In this document: positions 9,328 through 19,404 of the stretch, one piece after another
Position numbering within the stretch: position 1 is the stretch's first letter
Layout: the number at the start of each line of letters is the position of its first letter
Source of the DNA: an uncultured Candidatus Peribacteria bacterium
GTDB lineage: Bacteria; Patescibacteriota; Gracilibacteria; UBA1369; UBA12473
DNA: 64,000 nucleotides
Assembly: GCA_964473745.1 (NCBI GenBank)
Contig: CAYYQE010000008.1
Location: forward strand, 73 to 64,072
Direction: 5' to 3'
Translations under genes and position numbers: made by a program
The notes under the pieces: model-generated
What the model was told of the DNA's origin: nothing
Seen by the model: only the letters and a program-made list of their open reading frames with translations
Database searches by the model: none

Positions 9328-10506
9328 TCAAGATTTCTTCAACCCCTCTAACAGATTTCGAGCCAACTCTTTTTTAGTTCCATGCAAAGACCTTTGCGCG
9401 CGTTCAGTAATTAACACAAATTCTCCTTTCTCGGCATTTATAACCTGAGGAGAATTTGCTATTAAAACATCCACTCCTTTATCACGCCTTTTTTGCTCTC
9501 CCAACTCTTGTAAATCACCAGATTCCAACCCAAATCCAATCACAACCTGATCAGGTCGCTTTTTCTTTACCACTTCTTTCAAAATATCTGGATTTTCCTT
9601 TAATTCAATAATTCGCCCCTCACCCGTTTTTTTAAGTTTATTTTTAGAAACATTCTTTGGTTTAAAATCACTAATTGCTGCCGCAGAAATATAAAAATCA
9701 CACTTTTCAAACTTTTCAAGCACCGCCTTTCTCATCTGTTGCGCTGTCTCAATTTGGAAAATTTTCAAATTTTTGTGAAGAACATACGAAACATCCACTT
9801 TTCCGGAAATTAACGTAACATTCGCCCCACGCAAAAGAGCCTCGCGAACCAGAGCCAGTCCCATTTTTCCACTCGAATAATTCGTAAGACAACGAACTGG
9901 ATCTAACGATTCCTTTGTCCGCCCACTAGTAATCAAAAAATTCTTTCCTTTTAAATCTTGGGGAACCAAAAGCTGCTCCGCGCGCAACACAATCGACTCT
10001 AGCGACACCAAATGGCCAACCGCATAAATCCCACACGCTAACTCCCCTTCTATTGGTTCAATAACCGCTACCCCCGCACTCTGCAAACGATGCAAATTTT
10101 CCTGAACAATAGGGTGTAAATACATGGCCTCGTTCATAGCCGGAGCCACCAAAACCGGGGCTCGCGTTGCCAATAAAGCTGTTGTTAACAAATCATCAGC
10201 CAAACCAGTCGCATAACGCCCAATTAAACTCGCTGTAGCTGGCGCCAAAACCACGACATCCGCCTCCTTCATAACCTGTAAATGAGGCATTGGATCATTC
10301 CCAGAACGATCAAACATACGATGATGAACCGGATTACCAGAAACCGCCTGAAAAAGCTGCGGACTAATAAGTTCCGTGGCGTGTGCCGTCATAAAAACAT
10401 GAACTTGCGCACCTTGTTTCTTAAAAAATCGCGTTAACTCCAACGCTTTATAAATAGCCACGCTACTGGCCACACCAATTACAATTTTTTTACCTTTTAG
10501 AGACAT
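9328..10506 (-). CDS. coaBC: Phosphopantothenoylcysteine decarboxylase / phosphopantothenate-cysteine ligase
   Basis: A 392-aa two-domain protein with an N-terminal flavoprotein domain (KKIVIGVASSVAIYKALEL) and a C-terminal CoaB domain (ITSGRTKESLDPVRCLTNYSSGKMG). Confidence 0.9.
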   Translation of the reverse strand: MSLKGKKIVIGVASSVAIYKALELTRFFKKQGAQVHVFMTAHATELISPQLFQAVSGNPVHHRMFDRSGNDPMPHLQVMKEADVVVLAPATASLIGRYATGLADDLLTTALLATRAPVLVAPAMNEAMYLHPIVQENLHRLQSAGVAVIEPIEGELACGIYAVGHLVSLESIVLRAEQLLVPQDLKGKNFLITSGRTKESLDPVRCLTNYSSGKMGLALVREALLRGANVTLISGKVDVSYVLHKNLKIFQIETAQQMRKAVLEKFEKCDFYISAAAISDFKPKNVSKNKLKKTGEGRIIELKENPDILKEVVKKKRPDQVVIGFGLESGDLQELGEQKRRDKGVDVLIANSPQVINAEKGEFVLITERAQRSLHGTKKELARNLLEGLKKS

Positions 10507-11348
10507 TTCAATAAAATATTATCAATTAATCGCACTTTTCCAAACTTTGCGGCCACCGCCACCACGGCCTCACTCTCTACACGATTGATTTTCTTTAACG
10601 AACGAGCATCTCGAATTTCAGCGTATTCATAGCTTTGAAAAGCATCACGCAATTGTTGTTCCAAAACTTTTGGCTCACACTCTCCTTGTTCAAATAATTT
10701 ATTCGCCATGCGCAATGACTGGCTTAGACTTAAGGCTAATTCACGTTCTTTTTTATTCAAATAAACATTGCGTGAGCTCATTGCCAGTCCATCTTGTTCG
10801 CGAATTGTTGGCAACACGTGCAGCTTAATTTGAGGAAAATATTTTTGGATTAACCAATCAATCACCCGCGTTTGCTGAAAATCTTTTTGCCCAAAATAAA
10901 CATCGGTTGGGCGCACTTTTTCAAAAAGCCTCTTTACTACTGTCGCCACACCAAAAAAATGATCTGGCCTAGAAACACCACACAAAACATTCGTTAACTC
11001 GCACGGCGGCTCTATTCGCGTTACATTCTTCAAACCCTCCGGATAAATTTCCTCCACAGTTGGACACCAAATTTCATCCACCCCCTCTTTTAAAAGCAAC
11101 TCCTTATCTCGCTCCAAATCACGGGGATATTTTTCAAAATCTTCACCCTCGCTAAACTGCGTCGGATTCACAAAAATACTTACCACCACTTTATCGCAAT
11201 CCCGCCGGGCCGCTTGCACCAAACTCAAATGCCCCTCATGGAGAGCACCCATGGTTGGAATAAAGCCTAAACTATTATTTGTAACTTTCATCTTGGGATG
11301 GAAATATACCATTTTCCACCTCAAATTTAAACCTAGTAACTGCCTCAC
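10497..11348 (-). CDS. panC: Pantoate-beta-alanine ligase
   Basis: The motifs GFIPTMGALHEGHLSLV and FVNPTQF are present. The start is uncertain (11348, 11312 or 11291) and the gene overlaps the panB 3' end. Confidence 0.9.
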   Translation of the reverse strand: MRQLLGLNLRWKMVYFHPKMKVTNNSLGFIPTMGALHEGHLSLVQAARRDCDKVVVSIFVNPTQFSEGEDFEKYPRDLERDKELLLKEGVDEIWCPTVEEIYPEGLKNVTRIEPPCELTNVLCGVSRPDHFFGVATVVKRLFEKVRPTDVYFGQKDFQQTRVIDWLIQKYFPQIKLHVLPTIREQDGLAMSSRNVYLNKKERELALSLSQSLRMANKLFEQGECEPKVLEQQLRDAFQSYEYAEIRDARSLKKINRVESEAVVAVAAKFGKVRLIDNILLKCL

Positions 11349-12039
11349 CTATTACCTCCTGCAAATTTACGTACTTTTTAACAAACTTCGGCGTAAAATC
11401 ACCATAAAGTCCCAATAAATCAGACGTAACTAGTACCTGCCCATCACAATTCGGCCCAGCCCCAATCCCAATTGTCGGAATTCTTAACATGTCAGTAATT
11501 TTTTTTGCTAAATCTGTGGGGATACACTCCAAGACCACGGCAAAACATCCTGCCTCCTCCAAAGCTCGTACCTCGTCCAAAATCATCTCTTCTTCTGCTG
11601 TCGTTCGACCCTTAACTTTCATTTTTCCTGCTTCTTGCGGTTTAAGCCCAGTATGTCCCATTACCGAAAATCCAGCCTCCACTAAGGCCTGACAAATCTC
11701 TGGGCACCCCTCGATTTTAATAGCTCGCACACCGGTTTCTTCAATCATACGCTCGACATTCTTGATTGCTAACTCATTCGTTTCATAAGACCCCTTTGGC
11801 ATATCCGCCACCACAAACGCCCCAGTATTCCCACGCATCACCGCCTGGGTATGACGAATCATATCGTTCATGGTTACAAAATGAGTATTTTCATAACCCA
11901 AAACAACCATTCCCAAAGAATCCCCTACTAAAATCACATCAATTCCAACTTCACTCAAAATTTGGGCCATCGGATAATCATACGCGGTTAAGACGACAAT
12001 TTTCCGATGACCCTTTAATTCACAAACAGATTGAGGCAT
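11275..12039 (-). CDS. panB: 3-methyl-2-oxobutanoate hydroxymethyltransferase
   Basis: The motifs VLTAYDYPMAQIL...VGDSLGMVVLGYENT and KIEGC are typical PanB. Confidence 0.9.
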   Translation of the reverse strand: MPQSVCELKGHRKIVVLTAYDYPMAQILSEVGIDVILVGDSLGMVVLGYENTHFVTMNDMIRHTQAVMRGNTGAFVVADMPKGSYETNELAIKNVERMIEETGVRAIKIEGCPEICQALVEAGFSVMGHTGLKPQEAGKMKVKGRTTAEEEMILDEVRALEEAGCFAVVLECIPTDLAKKITDMLRIPTIGIGAGPNCDGQVLVTSDLLGLYGDFTPKFVKKYVNLQEVIGEAVTRFKFEVENGIFPSQDESYK

Positions 12040-12684
12040 CTATAAATTAAATAAACTCGTTGAAATATCTCCGTAACTAAAAGTTGCCGCACTTGTCCCA
12101 AGACCCAAAGCAGCAAAAAGTAAGCCGATTGGAATAGCCGCTAGACCTCCTAAAAGAACCGACAAAATCGAAACTCCAATAGTTTTCCAGAAGCCAAATC
12201 CAAAAATCTGATTCATCATTGTAAAGAAAAGAACTAAGAACCAAACCAAAGCAATCAAACTACCAACAAGAGGAACGATGTTAAGAACCATCGGAAGCAT
12301 TAAAAAACCATAAAGCCCGATAAAACCCTTTAAATCTCCTTGCTTAGTTCCTTTAAAACTCAAGGACACGCTATAAATCGCTACAACGCAAATTAACCCA
12401 ACAATAAAGCCCATCAGGCCAGACCCAATCATGTCCATGAGGCCATAATTAACGTCAATACCAAAAGAGGCGGCTAATTCATTTGCTCCACGCATGGTCA
12501 TCCATTGAGAAAACACACTAGCGATTTGAGCTAACGCTAGAAAAAGAAGCCCATAAACAAAATAGTCAGAATTTTTAACAACTCGGACCATTGCCGCGCG
12601 ATCACGCGTCAATACGCCCTTAAGGTCTGCTAAAAGCCCTACTTTTCCGGCCGATGAAGGCGCGGCGGGAGGTGTTTTTTTCAT
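12040..12684 (-). CDS. Polytopic membrane protein, unknown function (Yip1-like?)
   Basis: A 214-aa ORF with about 5 TM helices, tightly packed immediately upstream of panB on the same strand. Confidence 0.5.
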   Translation of the reverse strand: MKKTPPAAPSSAGKVGLLADLKGVLTRDRAAMVRVVKNSDYFVYGLLFLALAQIASVFSQWMTMRGANELAASFGIDVNYGLMDMIGSGLMGFIVGLICVVAIYSVSLSFKGTKQGDLKGFIGLYGFLMLPMVLNIVPLVGSLIALVWFLVLFFTMMNQIFGFGFWKTIGVSILSVLLGGLAAIPIGLLFAALGLGTSAATFSYGDISTSLFNL

Positions 12685-12720
12685 TTTTAAAAAGTTAAAA
12701 GAATAAAAAACTGAAAAAAA

Positions 12721-13278
12721 TTATTTATAAGGGACCAGATAAAGACCCCCGTAGAGGTTATCAGCATTTAAATTTTGGAACAAAGCCAAAATCACAAATA
12801 CGGTAAGTCCAGCCAAAATCACTGAAATAACTGCATTCTCGGTTGAAAGTCGTTTTACATCTTTTAGAATTCTAACTATCAAAACCAACATCCAAAGCAG
12901 GACCACCACACTCAAAACCGGAAAAAAAGTAAGGACACCAATCACATAACCATGACCAACAACTCGAAATAATGAAACAAAATCACCGTGTGCTTTGAAT
13001 AAATTATTCGCCACAATATGAATCAAATAAACAACTAAAACCACCAAAAAAATCGCCACAATAGCGTGTCCAAAAGCCTCTAATAATGTCGGCCGATAAG
13101 TAACTGGGCCATATCTAACTGGAAACAAAAGTGAGCCAAGCGCTCCAGCAAACGAAGAAATTGCAATTATTAAAACCGCTGAACCTGTTGCCAAAGGATC
13201 TTTAGACACTGATTTAATTGCGGAGTCATTAAGCTCTACAATCTTAATCGCTCGTTTTAGAATCGGGAGTAGATTCAT
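12721..13278 (-). CDS. Yip1-like polytopic membrane protein
   Basis: A 185-aa ORF with about 5 TM helices. Its start overlaps the 3' end of the PanK gene. Confidence 0.5.
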   Translation of the reverse strand: MNLLPILKRAIKIVELNDSAIKSVSKDPLATGSAVLIIAISSFAGALGSLLFPVRYGPVTYRPTLLEAFGHAIVAIFLVVLVVYLIHIVANNLFKAHGDFVSLFRVVGHGYVIGVLTFFPVLSVVVLLWMLVLIVRILKDVKRLSTENAVISVILAGLTVFVILALFQNLNADNLYGGLYLVPYK

Positions 13279-14164
13279 GAACGCATTTTACCACGGCCGC
13301 TCCGATCGCTGAAACATATTCCGCAGACTTAGGAAGAATTATCGCCCGTTCGTACAATTTCCCCACTTCGAAAATAATATTAGTAATGGGTTCTATTCGC
13401 GTTAATTTACCGGTTAGCACGATGGTTTTGAGATCCTCGGCTTTAGCTGCAAAAGTGGCGGCGGTCGCGATGGTTTGGCCCACCAAATTAGCCAATCCCG
13501 CCGCCAAGTCTGACGTAGAAAAGTCAATTTCTGGGATTCCCCGCACCACTTTTCCCAAATTTGAAGCCGTCATATCTTCAGAAACACGACCAATCCCCTG
13601 TCCGACAATATCTTTCACACTCAGATCAACCTTTGAGCGATCCCCTTTTTTAAACAATTCTACTAATTTTTCGGGAGAAGCCTCATTTAACAAAAGCTGG
13701 CATAAGCTTAAAAAAGTCCCGCCCCCAACCCCAGTTCCTCCCACATGAAAAAATTCCTGGCCTCGAGCCGCTACCATACAAGTTCCAGTCCCCATACTCA
13801 CTACTAAACAATTATCAGATAATTCACCTAATTCCTGTCGAAGCAACCATTCGCCGCCAGCTCCAATCGCTTCAATTTCATTTATATGACGAACCAAAAC
13901 ACCCTCTAATTCCTCTACATCCCGATGACTTTTCCCTCCTGTTACTCTAATTTCTTGCACCTCGCCAAGATCTAATCCAATCCCGGCCACAAACCGTTCC
14001 AAACTACTCACATCCACATCCTCCCGCTCATAAAAATCCAGGGCCTGAAATTCAGTCCCATTCCACCTCGCTACATCAATCGTAGACCCCCCAAAATCAA
14101 TAGAAACAATCTTCATGGCTCTCAGCATACCAGTATTCTTCCCCACAAAATAGCGGTTTGCCAA
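13244..14164 (-). CDS. coaW: Type II pantothenate kinase (CoaW/fumble-like)
   Basis: The ASKHA motifs line up with Staphylococcus CoaW as I recall it: SIDFGGST, VTGGKS, SMGTGTC, VGGTGVGGGTFLSL, GDRSKVDLSVKDIV, MTASNLG. The likely start is MKIVSIDF at 14116. Confidence 0.75.
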   Translation of the reverse strand: MANRYFVGKNTGMLRAMKIVSIDFGGSTIDVARWNGTEFQALDFYEREDVDVSSLERFVAGIGLDLGEVQEIRVTGGKSHRDVEELEGVLVRHINEIEAIGAGGEWLLRQELGELSDNCLVVSMGTGTCMVAARGQEFFHVGGTGVGGGTFLSLCQLLLNEASPEKLVELFKKGDRSKVDLSVKDIVGQGIGRVSEDMTASNLGKVVRGIPEIDFSTSDLAAGLANLVGQTIATAATFAAKAEDLKTIVLTGKLTRIEPITNIIFEVGKLYERAIILPKSAEYVSAIGAAVVKCVHESTPDSKTSD

Positions 14165-14254
14165 TTCATCTTACCCAAAAAATATTTCTATAAAATCTTA
14201 AATCAGGTAAACTTTTGCTCGTTAAATTTTAAAAACCCTTAACCCTATAAAGGT

Positions 14255-16330
14255 ATGTCAATCCCTCTAATGGCTTTGATCGTGAGCGCCGCTGTCTTGG
14301 TTTACGCGGTAATTATTGTGATCAATGTTCTTAACAAAAAACCTGGCACCACCACTATGCAAGAAATCGCTGGTGCTATTCAGGAAGGTGCTATGGCTTT
14401 CTTAAACCGCCAATTTAAAACTATTGCGGTATTTGCTATTCTCCTTTTCCTTATTATGGGCTTTGGCCTTCCTCAAGGAGAATATCACGATGGATATTTA
14501 ATGGCCCTCGGCTTTATTGTCGGTGCCTTTTTCTCTGCCCTAGCCGGTTATATTGGTATGGGCATGTCTGTCCGCGCCAATGTTCGCACCGCTAACGCCG
14601 CTAAATCTGGTTTAAAAGAAGCTCTGAACGTTGCTTTCCGTGGTGGATCTGTTACTGGATTCGCGGTTGTTGGGCTCTCCTTACTTGGTGTAAGTGGGTT
14701 TTACGCCCTCTTTACTCAAGTTTGGGACGTGCCGGTTGGTTATGCTCCAAATCTTTTGATTGGCTTTGCTTTTGGTGCTTCTTTGGTCTCTCTCTTTGCT
14801 CGTGTTGGTGGTGGAATTTTCACCAAAGCCGCCGATGTAGGAGCCGACCTTGTTGGTAAAATCGAAAAAGGAATTCCCGAAGACGACCCTCGTAATCCCG
14901 CTGTTATTGCCGATAACGTTGGTGACAACGTTGGTGATTGTGCTGGTATGGGAGCTGATTTATTTGAAACTTACGCCGTTACTTTGATTGCTGCCATGAT
15001 TTTGGCTGCTTCGACCTTACTCGACACCACTGGTCAAATTGCCATTGAATTCCCGCTTGTACTAGGAGCAATTGCGGCTATTGCGTCTGTTATTGGTAGT
15101 TATTTTGTTCGTCTAAGCAAAGGCGAAAACATTATGGGCGCCTTATATAAAGGAACCATTGCCACTGGTGTAATCTCGGCTATTGGATTCTTCTTCGCTA
15201 ATAAATGGCTCATGGCTGGTGATATGCGTATTTTTTACGCCACGCTCGTTGGCCTAGGTATCACCTTCTTTATTTTTGTGATTACAGAATACTACACTTC
15301 TACTAAATACAGACCTGTTCAAAGAATTGCCGAAGCTTCCAAAACTGGAGCTGGAACCAACATTATCTCTGGTCTTGCCGTTGGTTTATTCAGTACCTTC
15401 TGGCCAGTACTTTTAATTATTACCGGCATTGCTCTTTCTTTCTGGCTTGGTGAAACCTCTACCCTACAAAGTGGTATTTATGGTATTGCCTTAGCCGCGG
15501 TAGCAATGCTTTCTACTACCGGCATGGTGATTGCTATGGACTCTTACGGTCCAATCACAGACAACGCTGGTGGCATTGCCGAAATGAGCAACCTTCCTGA
15601 ATCTGTACGCAAAAACACTGACGCCTTAGACGCTGTTGGAAACACTACCAAAGCGGTCACCAAGGGTTACGCTATTAGTTCTGCTGCTTTAGCCACTCTG
15701 GTACTTTTCCAATCTTACAACGAAGAACTTTTATCTAACGCCGCGGGTGAAGAATTTATTTTCAGTCTAACTGATCACCGAGTTATAATTGGCCTTTTTA
15801 TTGGTGGAATGCTCCCTTTCTTATTTAGCGCTCTTTGTATGGAAGCGGTTGGGAAAGCAGCTCATAAAGTTGTCGAAGAGGTTCGCCGCCAATTCAGAGA
15901 AATCAAAGGAATTATGACTGGAAAAGCCAAACCTCAATACGATGTTTGTGTTGATATTGTGACCAAGGCGGCTCTTGCACAAATGGTTATTCCTGGACTA
16001 CTTGCGGTTGGAGCTCCCATTGCAGTTGGATTCATTCTTGGACCACACGCTCTTGGTGGACTATTAGCTGGTGTAATTATTTCTGGACTATTACTAGCTC
16101 TTTCCATGTCCAATGGTGGAGGTGCTTGGGACAACGCCAAAAAATACATTGAAGACGGAAATTTCGGTGGCAAAAACTCTCATGCTCACCACGCCGCTAT
16201 TGTTGGTGACACGGTTGGTGATCCTTACAAAGACACCGCTGGACCAGCGCTCAATGCTTTAATTAAGGTTATCAACACTGTTGCTCTAATTATTGCACCT
16301 TTAATTGCAGTCTGGAGTCTTTGGGGGTAA
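14255..16330 (+). CDS. hppA: Membrane-bound proton-translocating pyrophosphatase
   Basis: A 691-aa polytopic protein with the motifs [21 protein letters not shown] and [17 protein letters not shown]. The GNTTKA (Lys) variant suggests the K+-independent type. Confidence 0.95.
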   Translation: MSIPLMALIVSAAVLVYAVIIVINVLNKKPGTTTMQEIAGAIQEGAMAFLNRQFKTIAVFAILLFLIMGFGLPQGEYHDGYLMALGFIVGAFFSALAGYIGMGMSVRANVRTANAAKSGLKEALNVAFRGGSVTGFAVVGLSLLGVSGFYALFTQVWDVPVGYAPNLLIGFAFGASLVSLFARVGGGIFTKAADVGADLVGKIEKGIPEDDPRNPAVIADNVGDNVGDCAGMGADLFETYAVTLIAAMILAASTLLDTTGQIAIEFPLVLGAIAAIASVIGSYFVRLSKGENIMGALYKGTIATGVISAIGFFFANKWLMAGDMRIFYATLVGLGITFFIFVITEYYTSTKYRPVQRIAEASKTGAGTNIISGLAVGLFSTFWPVLLIITGIALSFWLGETSTLQSGIYGIALAAVAMLSTTGMVIAMDSYGPITDNAGGIAEMSNLPESVRKNTDALDAVGNTTKAVTKGYAISSAALATLVLFQSYNEELLSNAAGEEFIFSLTDHRVIIGLFIGGMLPFLFSALCMEAVGKAAHKVVEEVRRQFREIKGIMTGKAKPQYDVCVDIVTKAALAQMVIPGLLAVGAPIAVGFILGPHALGGLLAGVIISGLLLALSMSNGGGAWDNAKKYIEDGNFGGKNSHAHHAAIVGDTVGDPYKDTAGPALNALIKVINTVALIIAPLIAVWSLWG

Positions 16331-16341
16331 TATAAACCACT

Positions 16342-16641
16342 ATGAAAAACCTCCCATCCAAGGAAAATAGAAATCATCAAAGTTTAGGGGCCTCGAATCA
16401 CTCTGGGCCCCTATCCTCTTTTGAAGTAACTTTTGAAATCGATCAAATCTCAAACAACCAAGCCACTCTAATCTCCGAAGAAACCGGCAAAATCACTTGG
16501 CCTACCAAAAAACTCCCAAGTGGTCACCAAATTGGCGACACTATCACTTTAAAAATCCCTCAAAAAGAAGACGGTAAGTGCTGCGAAAAATGCACTGACA
16601 TGGAACACTTAAGGCAACTATTGGAAGAGTTGGTTAGCTAA
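16342..16641 (+). CDS. Small hypothetical protein (DUF3006-like?)
   Basis: A 99-aa ORF. The segment ATLISEETGKITWPTKKLPSGHQIGDTITLKI resembles the DUF3006 pattern. This is a weak call. Confidence 0.4.
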   Translation: MKNLPSKENRNHQSLGASNHSGPLSSFEVTFEIDQISNNQATLISEETGKITWPTKKLPSGHQIGDTITLKIPQKEDGKCCEKCTDMEHLRQLLEELVS

Positions 16642-16653
16642 TTTCAATCAACA

Positions 16654-16685
16654 AAAAAGGCCCTCCACAAGTGAAAGGCCTTTTT
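16654..16685. terminator. Bidirectional intrinsic terminator between convergent genes
   Basis: AAAAAGGCC (16654..16662) pairs with GGCCTTTTT (16677..16685) across a 14-nt loop. A/T tracts lie on both sides. Confidence 0.7.
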
Positions 16686-16702
16686 CAAAATCTAACTCTA
16701 TT

Positions 16703-17392
16703 CTAGTCACTTTTTTCTTCAGAACCTTCTTCTTTCTTCTCTTCAGAACCTTCTTCGCCTTCAGCGCCTTCTTCACCCTCTTCACCTTCTTCGCCTTCAA
16801 CGCCTTCTTCTTCAGTTTCTGGTTCTTCTTCCTCCTCTCGTGGAGCCATAACAGTCACCACACTTCTTTCGGGGTCAGTAACAACTTCAATATTTTCAGG
16901 AATAATCAAATCACTAACATGAATCACGGCATTAAAATCTTCTAAGCCACTAATATCCACCTCAATTGAGTGCACCAAGTATTTAGGTAAACATTTAACC
17001 TCAAGCTCAGAAATATTAGTCATTAACATTCCGCTCAAATCCTTAACAGCTGGAGAAACTCCCACAAACTCAAGTGGGATATTTGTATGAACCTCTTGAT
17101 CCATACGCACATTAATAAAATCAACGTGCATCATTTTTCCGGTAGCTGGATCATATTGAATCTGATGAACCAAAACTGTAAGTGGCTCTTTTTGGCCTTC
17201 AACAGTTAATTCAATCACGGTGCTTTCCCCAGACTTTTGATAAGCATGTCGGAAAGATTGATAATCCATTTGAAGAGATAAGTTTTTCTTTCCCCCTCCA
17301 TAAAATTCAGCGGGAAGCAAACTATTTGAACGTAATTGTTTAGGTTTTAGGGCTGTATCTCTTTTGTCAGCCGCAACTTGTACAAAATCCAT
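16703..17392 (-). CDS. rplY: Ribosomal protein L25/Ctc with acidic C-terminal tail
   Basis: The pattern LPAEFYGGGKKNLSLQMDYQSF...LVHQIQYDPATGKMMHVDF fits L25/Ctc. The tail is EEGEEGEEGAEGEEGSEEKKEEGSEEKSD. Confidence 0.85.
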   Translation of the reverse strand: MDFVQVAADKRDTALKPKQLRSNSLLPAEFYGGGKKNLSLQMDYQSFRHAYQKSGESTVIELTVEGQKEPLTVLVHQIQYDPATGKMMHVDFINVRMDQEVHTNIPLEFVGVSPAVKDLSGMLMTNISELEVKCLPKYLVHSIEVDISGLEDFNAVIHVSDLIIPENIEVVTDPERSVVTVMAPREEEEEPETEEEGVEGEEGEEGEEGAEGEEGSEEKKEEGSEEKSD

Positions 17393-17527
17393 AATAAATA
17401 AGGTTTTAATTTTTGAAGCACACGGATACTAACTAAAAAGAAGGGCTTAATCAAGAAAAAATGTGCCTGGCCATCTCCTTAAATCTTTGATATGAATAAA
17501 TGGCCTACAATTTAAATAAAATCTCTC

Positions 17528-17830
17528 ATGAACAAAATGCAACAAATGAAGGACATGTATAAGCTCCAAAAACAGGCTAAAGCGATTAAAAAGAAACTTA
17601 AAAACATTCATATCGAAGCCGAAGAAGAAGGTGTAAAAATCACCATCAACGGCGAACAAGAACCAGTTTCTATCGAAATCTCTGAAGAAGCTCTAAAAGA
17701 CAAAGGGAAATTAGAAAAATCACTACTTAGCGCCCTTCAAAAAGGTCTCAAAAAATCGCAAGAAGTCGCGGCTGTAAACATGAAGGACGTAATGAGTGAA
17801 ATGGGCATGAACTTACCAGGAATGGGCTAA
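17528..17830 (+). CDS. ybaB: Nucleoid-associated protein YbaB/EbfC
   Basis: A 100-aa ORF. MQQMKDMYKLQKQAKAIKKKL...GVKITINGEQEPVSIEISEE is the family pattern. Confidence 0.8.
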   Translation: MNKMQQMKDMYKLQKQAKAIKKKLKNIHIEAEEEGVKITINGEQEPVSIEISEEALKDKGKLEKSLLSALQKGLKKSQEVAAVNMKDVMSEMGMNLPGMG

Positions 17831-17840
17831 TCTAATTAAT

Positions 17841-18845
17841 ATGCGACGATTAAAAAACCCTAATGGCTTAGGGATTTACATTGGAATGATTGCGGTGGCC
17901 ATAATTGGCTTAGTTATTTTTAAAAACGCTCCTAATTGGCACGCAAATTGGCTCGAAACACCAGCCAGCAACGACGCTAGCTCCGTTATTTTTGAGATTG
18001 AAGCCGGTGAAAGTGGCCGATCCGTGGCCGCCCATTTAGAGGACGAGGGCTTAATCACTAGTGAATGGGCTTTTTATTGGTATTTAAAAAATAATGACCT
18101 CGGCCAAAGCATCCCGGTTGGCCGTTTTGTTCTTTATAAAACAATGACTCCACTCGGAATAATCGAAGCTATTACCGGTGGATCCGGCCAAATAGTTTTC
18201 ACTATTCCAGAGGGCTACACCATCGCCCAAATTGACGACAAATTATTTGAAGAAGGTTTGATTGAAGATGATGAATTTGTGAATTGCGCGAAAAATTGCG
18301 AATTTAACTACCCCAACTTAGAAGGCTATCTTTTTCCAGACACTTATTTTATTGATATCAACACTTTTAGTTCCGAAAAATTTATTGAAAGACTGCTTTA
18401 TACTTTTGAAGAAAAAATCCTCACTGATGAAAACGTAGCCTTAATTGAACAAAGCGGCCGCACTTTAGATGAGATCGTAATTGCCGCCTCCATGATTGAG
18501 CGCGAAGTGTTTTTAGAAGAAGACATGGCCCTAGTTTCCGGCATTATCTGGAAAAGATACGACAGTGGCTGGGCCCTGGGCATGTGTTCCACAGTCAATT
18601 ACATCACCGGAAAACAATCTGTTTCTTACGAAGATACCCAAATTGAATCCCCTTATAACACTTATCAAAATGCTGGGTTCCCTCCTACCGCCATTTCTAA
18701 CCCCGGTTTAAGCGCTATCGAAGCCGCTATAAACCCCGAAGCCAGCAATTATTGGTTCTTTCTAAACACCACGGACACTGGCGAAACTATCTACGCCACG
18801 AGCAACGAAGAACACAATACTAATAAGGCGATTTATTTGGATTAA
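17841..18845 (+). CDS. mltG: Endolytic murein transglycosylase MltG (YceG-like)
   Basis: An N-terminal TM helix and a YceG domain (LEGYLFPDTY, IIASMIEREV, SPYNTYQNAGFPPTAISNPG) are present. Confidence 0.85.
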   Translation: MRRLKNPNGLGIYIGMIAVAIIGLVIFKNAPNWHANWLETPASNDASSVIFEIEAGESGRSVAAHLEDEGLITSEWAFYWYLKNNDLGQSIPVGRFVLYKTMTPLGIIEAITGGSGQIVFTIPEGYTIAQIDDKLFEEGLIEDDEFVNCAKNCEFNYPNLEGYLFPDTYFIDINTFSSEKFIERLLYTFEEKILTDENVALIEQSGRTLDEIVIAASMIEREVFLEEDMALVSGIIWKRYDSGWALGMCSTVNYITGKQSVSYEDTQIESPYNTYQNAGFPPTAISNPGLSAIEAAINPEASNYWFFLNTTDTGETIYATSNEEHNTNKAIYLD

Positions 18846-18855
18846 CTCTCCCTTT

Positions 18856-19404
18856 ATGAATCCTTTTTACATCGGAGTCCTTGGTGCCACGGTTCTAGTT
18901 CTTGGCGCGGCCTGGCCGGTTAAGCCCAAAACCCACCCGGCTAAAACAATAAAAGCCTGGTTATTTGCCAGTGGTGGTCTTTTAATGCTTTTTTATGCGC
19001 TTCTCGTTTATTTAGCCGGCGGACCGATCTTTTTTGTGATTTTACAAGCACTGGTCCAGGTTGCCAGCTTATTGATGCTTCTCAACACACCAGATAAAAT
19101 AGATATCCCGGTTATTGGGATTTCTGGAATCGCGCTCATTATTTGGGCGCTTACTTTTTTTGAAGATTACACCACTTTAATTTTTATTATCGGTTTACTG
19201 GGGATAGCCTTGGGTTATACCCTTGGCCCAGCTACTAAACGGGGCAACATTGCCCTCGCTCTCGGAAGCTTTCTAATCGCAGTTTTTAGTTACTTAGTCG
19301 CGGATTGGATTTTCTTCTGGCTGAATGTGTTTTTCTCGTTTTTCTCGGGGTATTATGTATTCAAACTCAGCGCAATCCTTCCAAAAACTCGCCCATCGCC
19401 CTAA
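18856..19404 (+). CDS. Polytopic membrane protein, unknown function
   Basis: A 182-aa ORF with about 6 TM helices. Its 3' end overlaps the convergent trpA. Confidence 0.5.
   Translation: MNPFYIGVLGATVLVLGAAWPVKPKTHPAKTIKAWLFASGGLLMLFYALLVYLAGGPIFFVILQALVQVASLLMLLNTPDKIDIPVIGISGIALIIWALTFFEDYTTLIFIIGLLGIALGYTLGPATKRGNIALALGSFLIAVFSYLVADWIFFWLNVFFSFFSGYYVFKLSAILPKTRPSP

Noticed and set aside
17447-17659. A 70-aa minus-strand ORF overlapping the ybaB start region.
   Set aside because: It is antisense to a well-supported YbaB/EbfC gene and has a Phe-rich, AT-driven translation.
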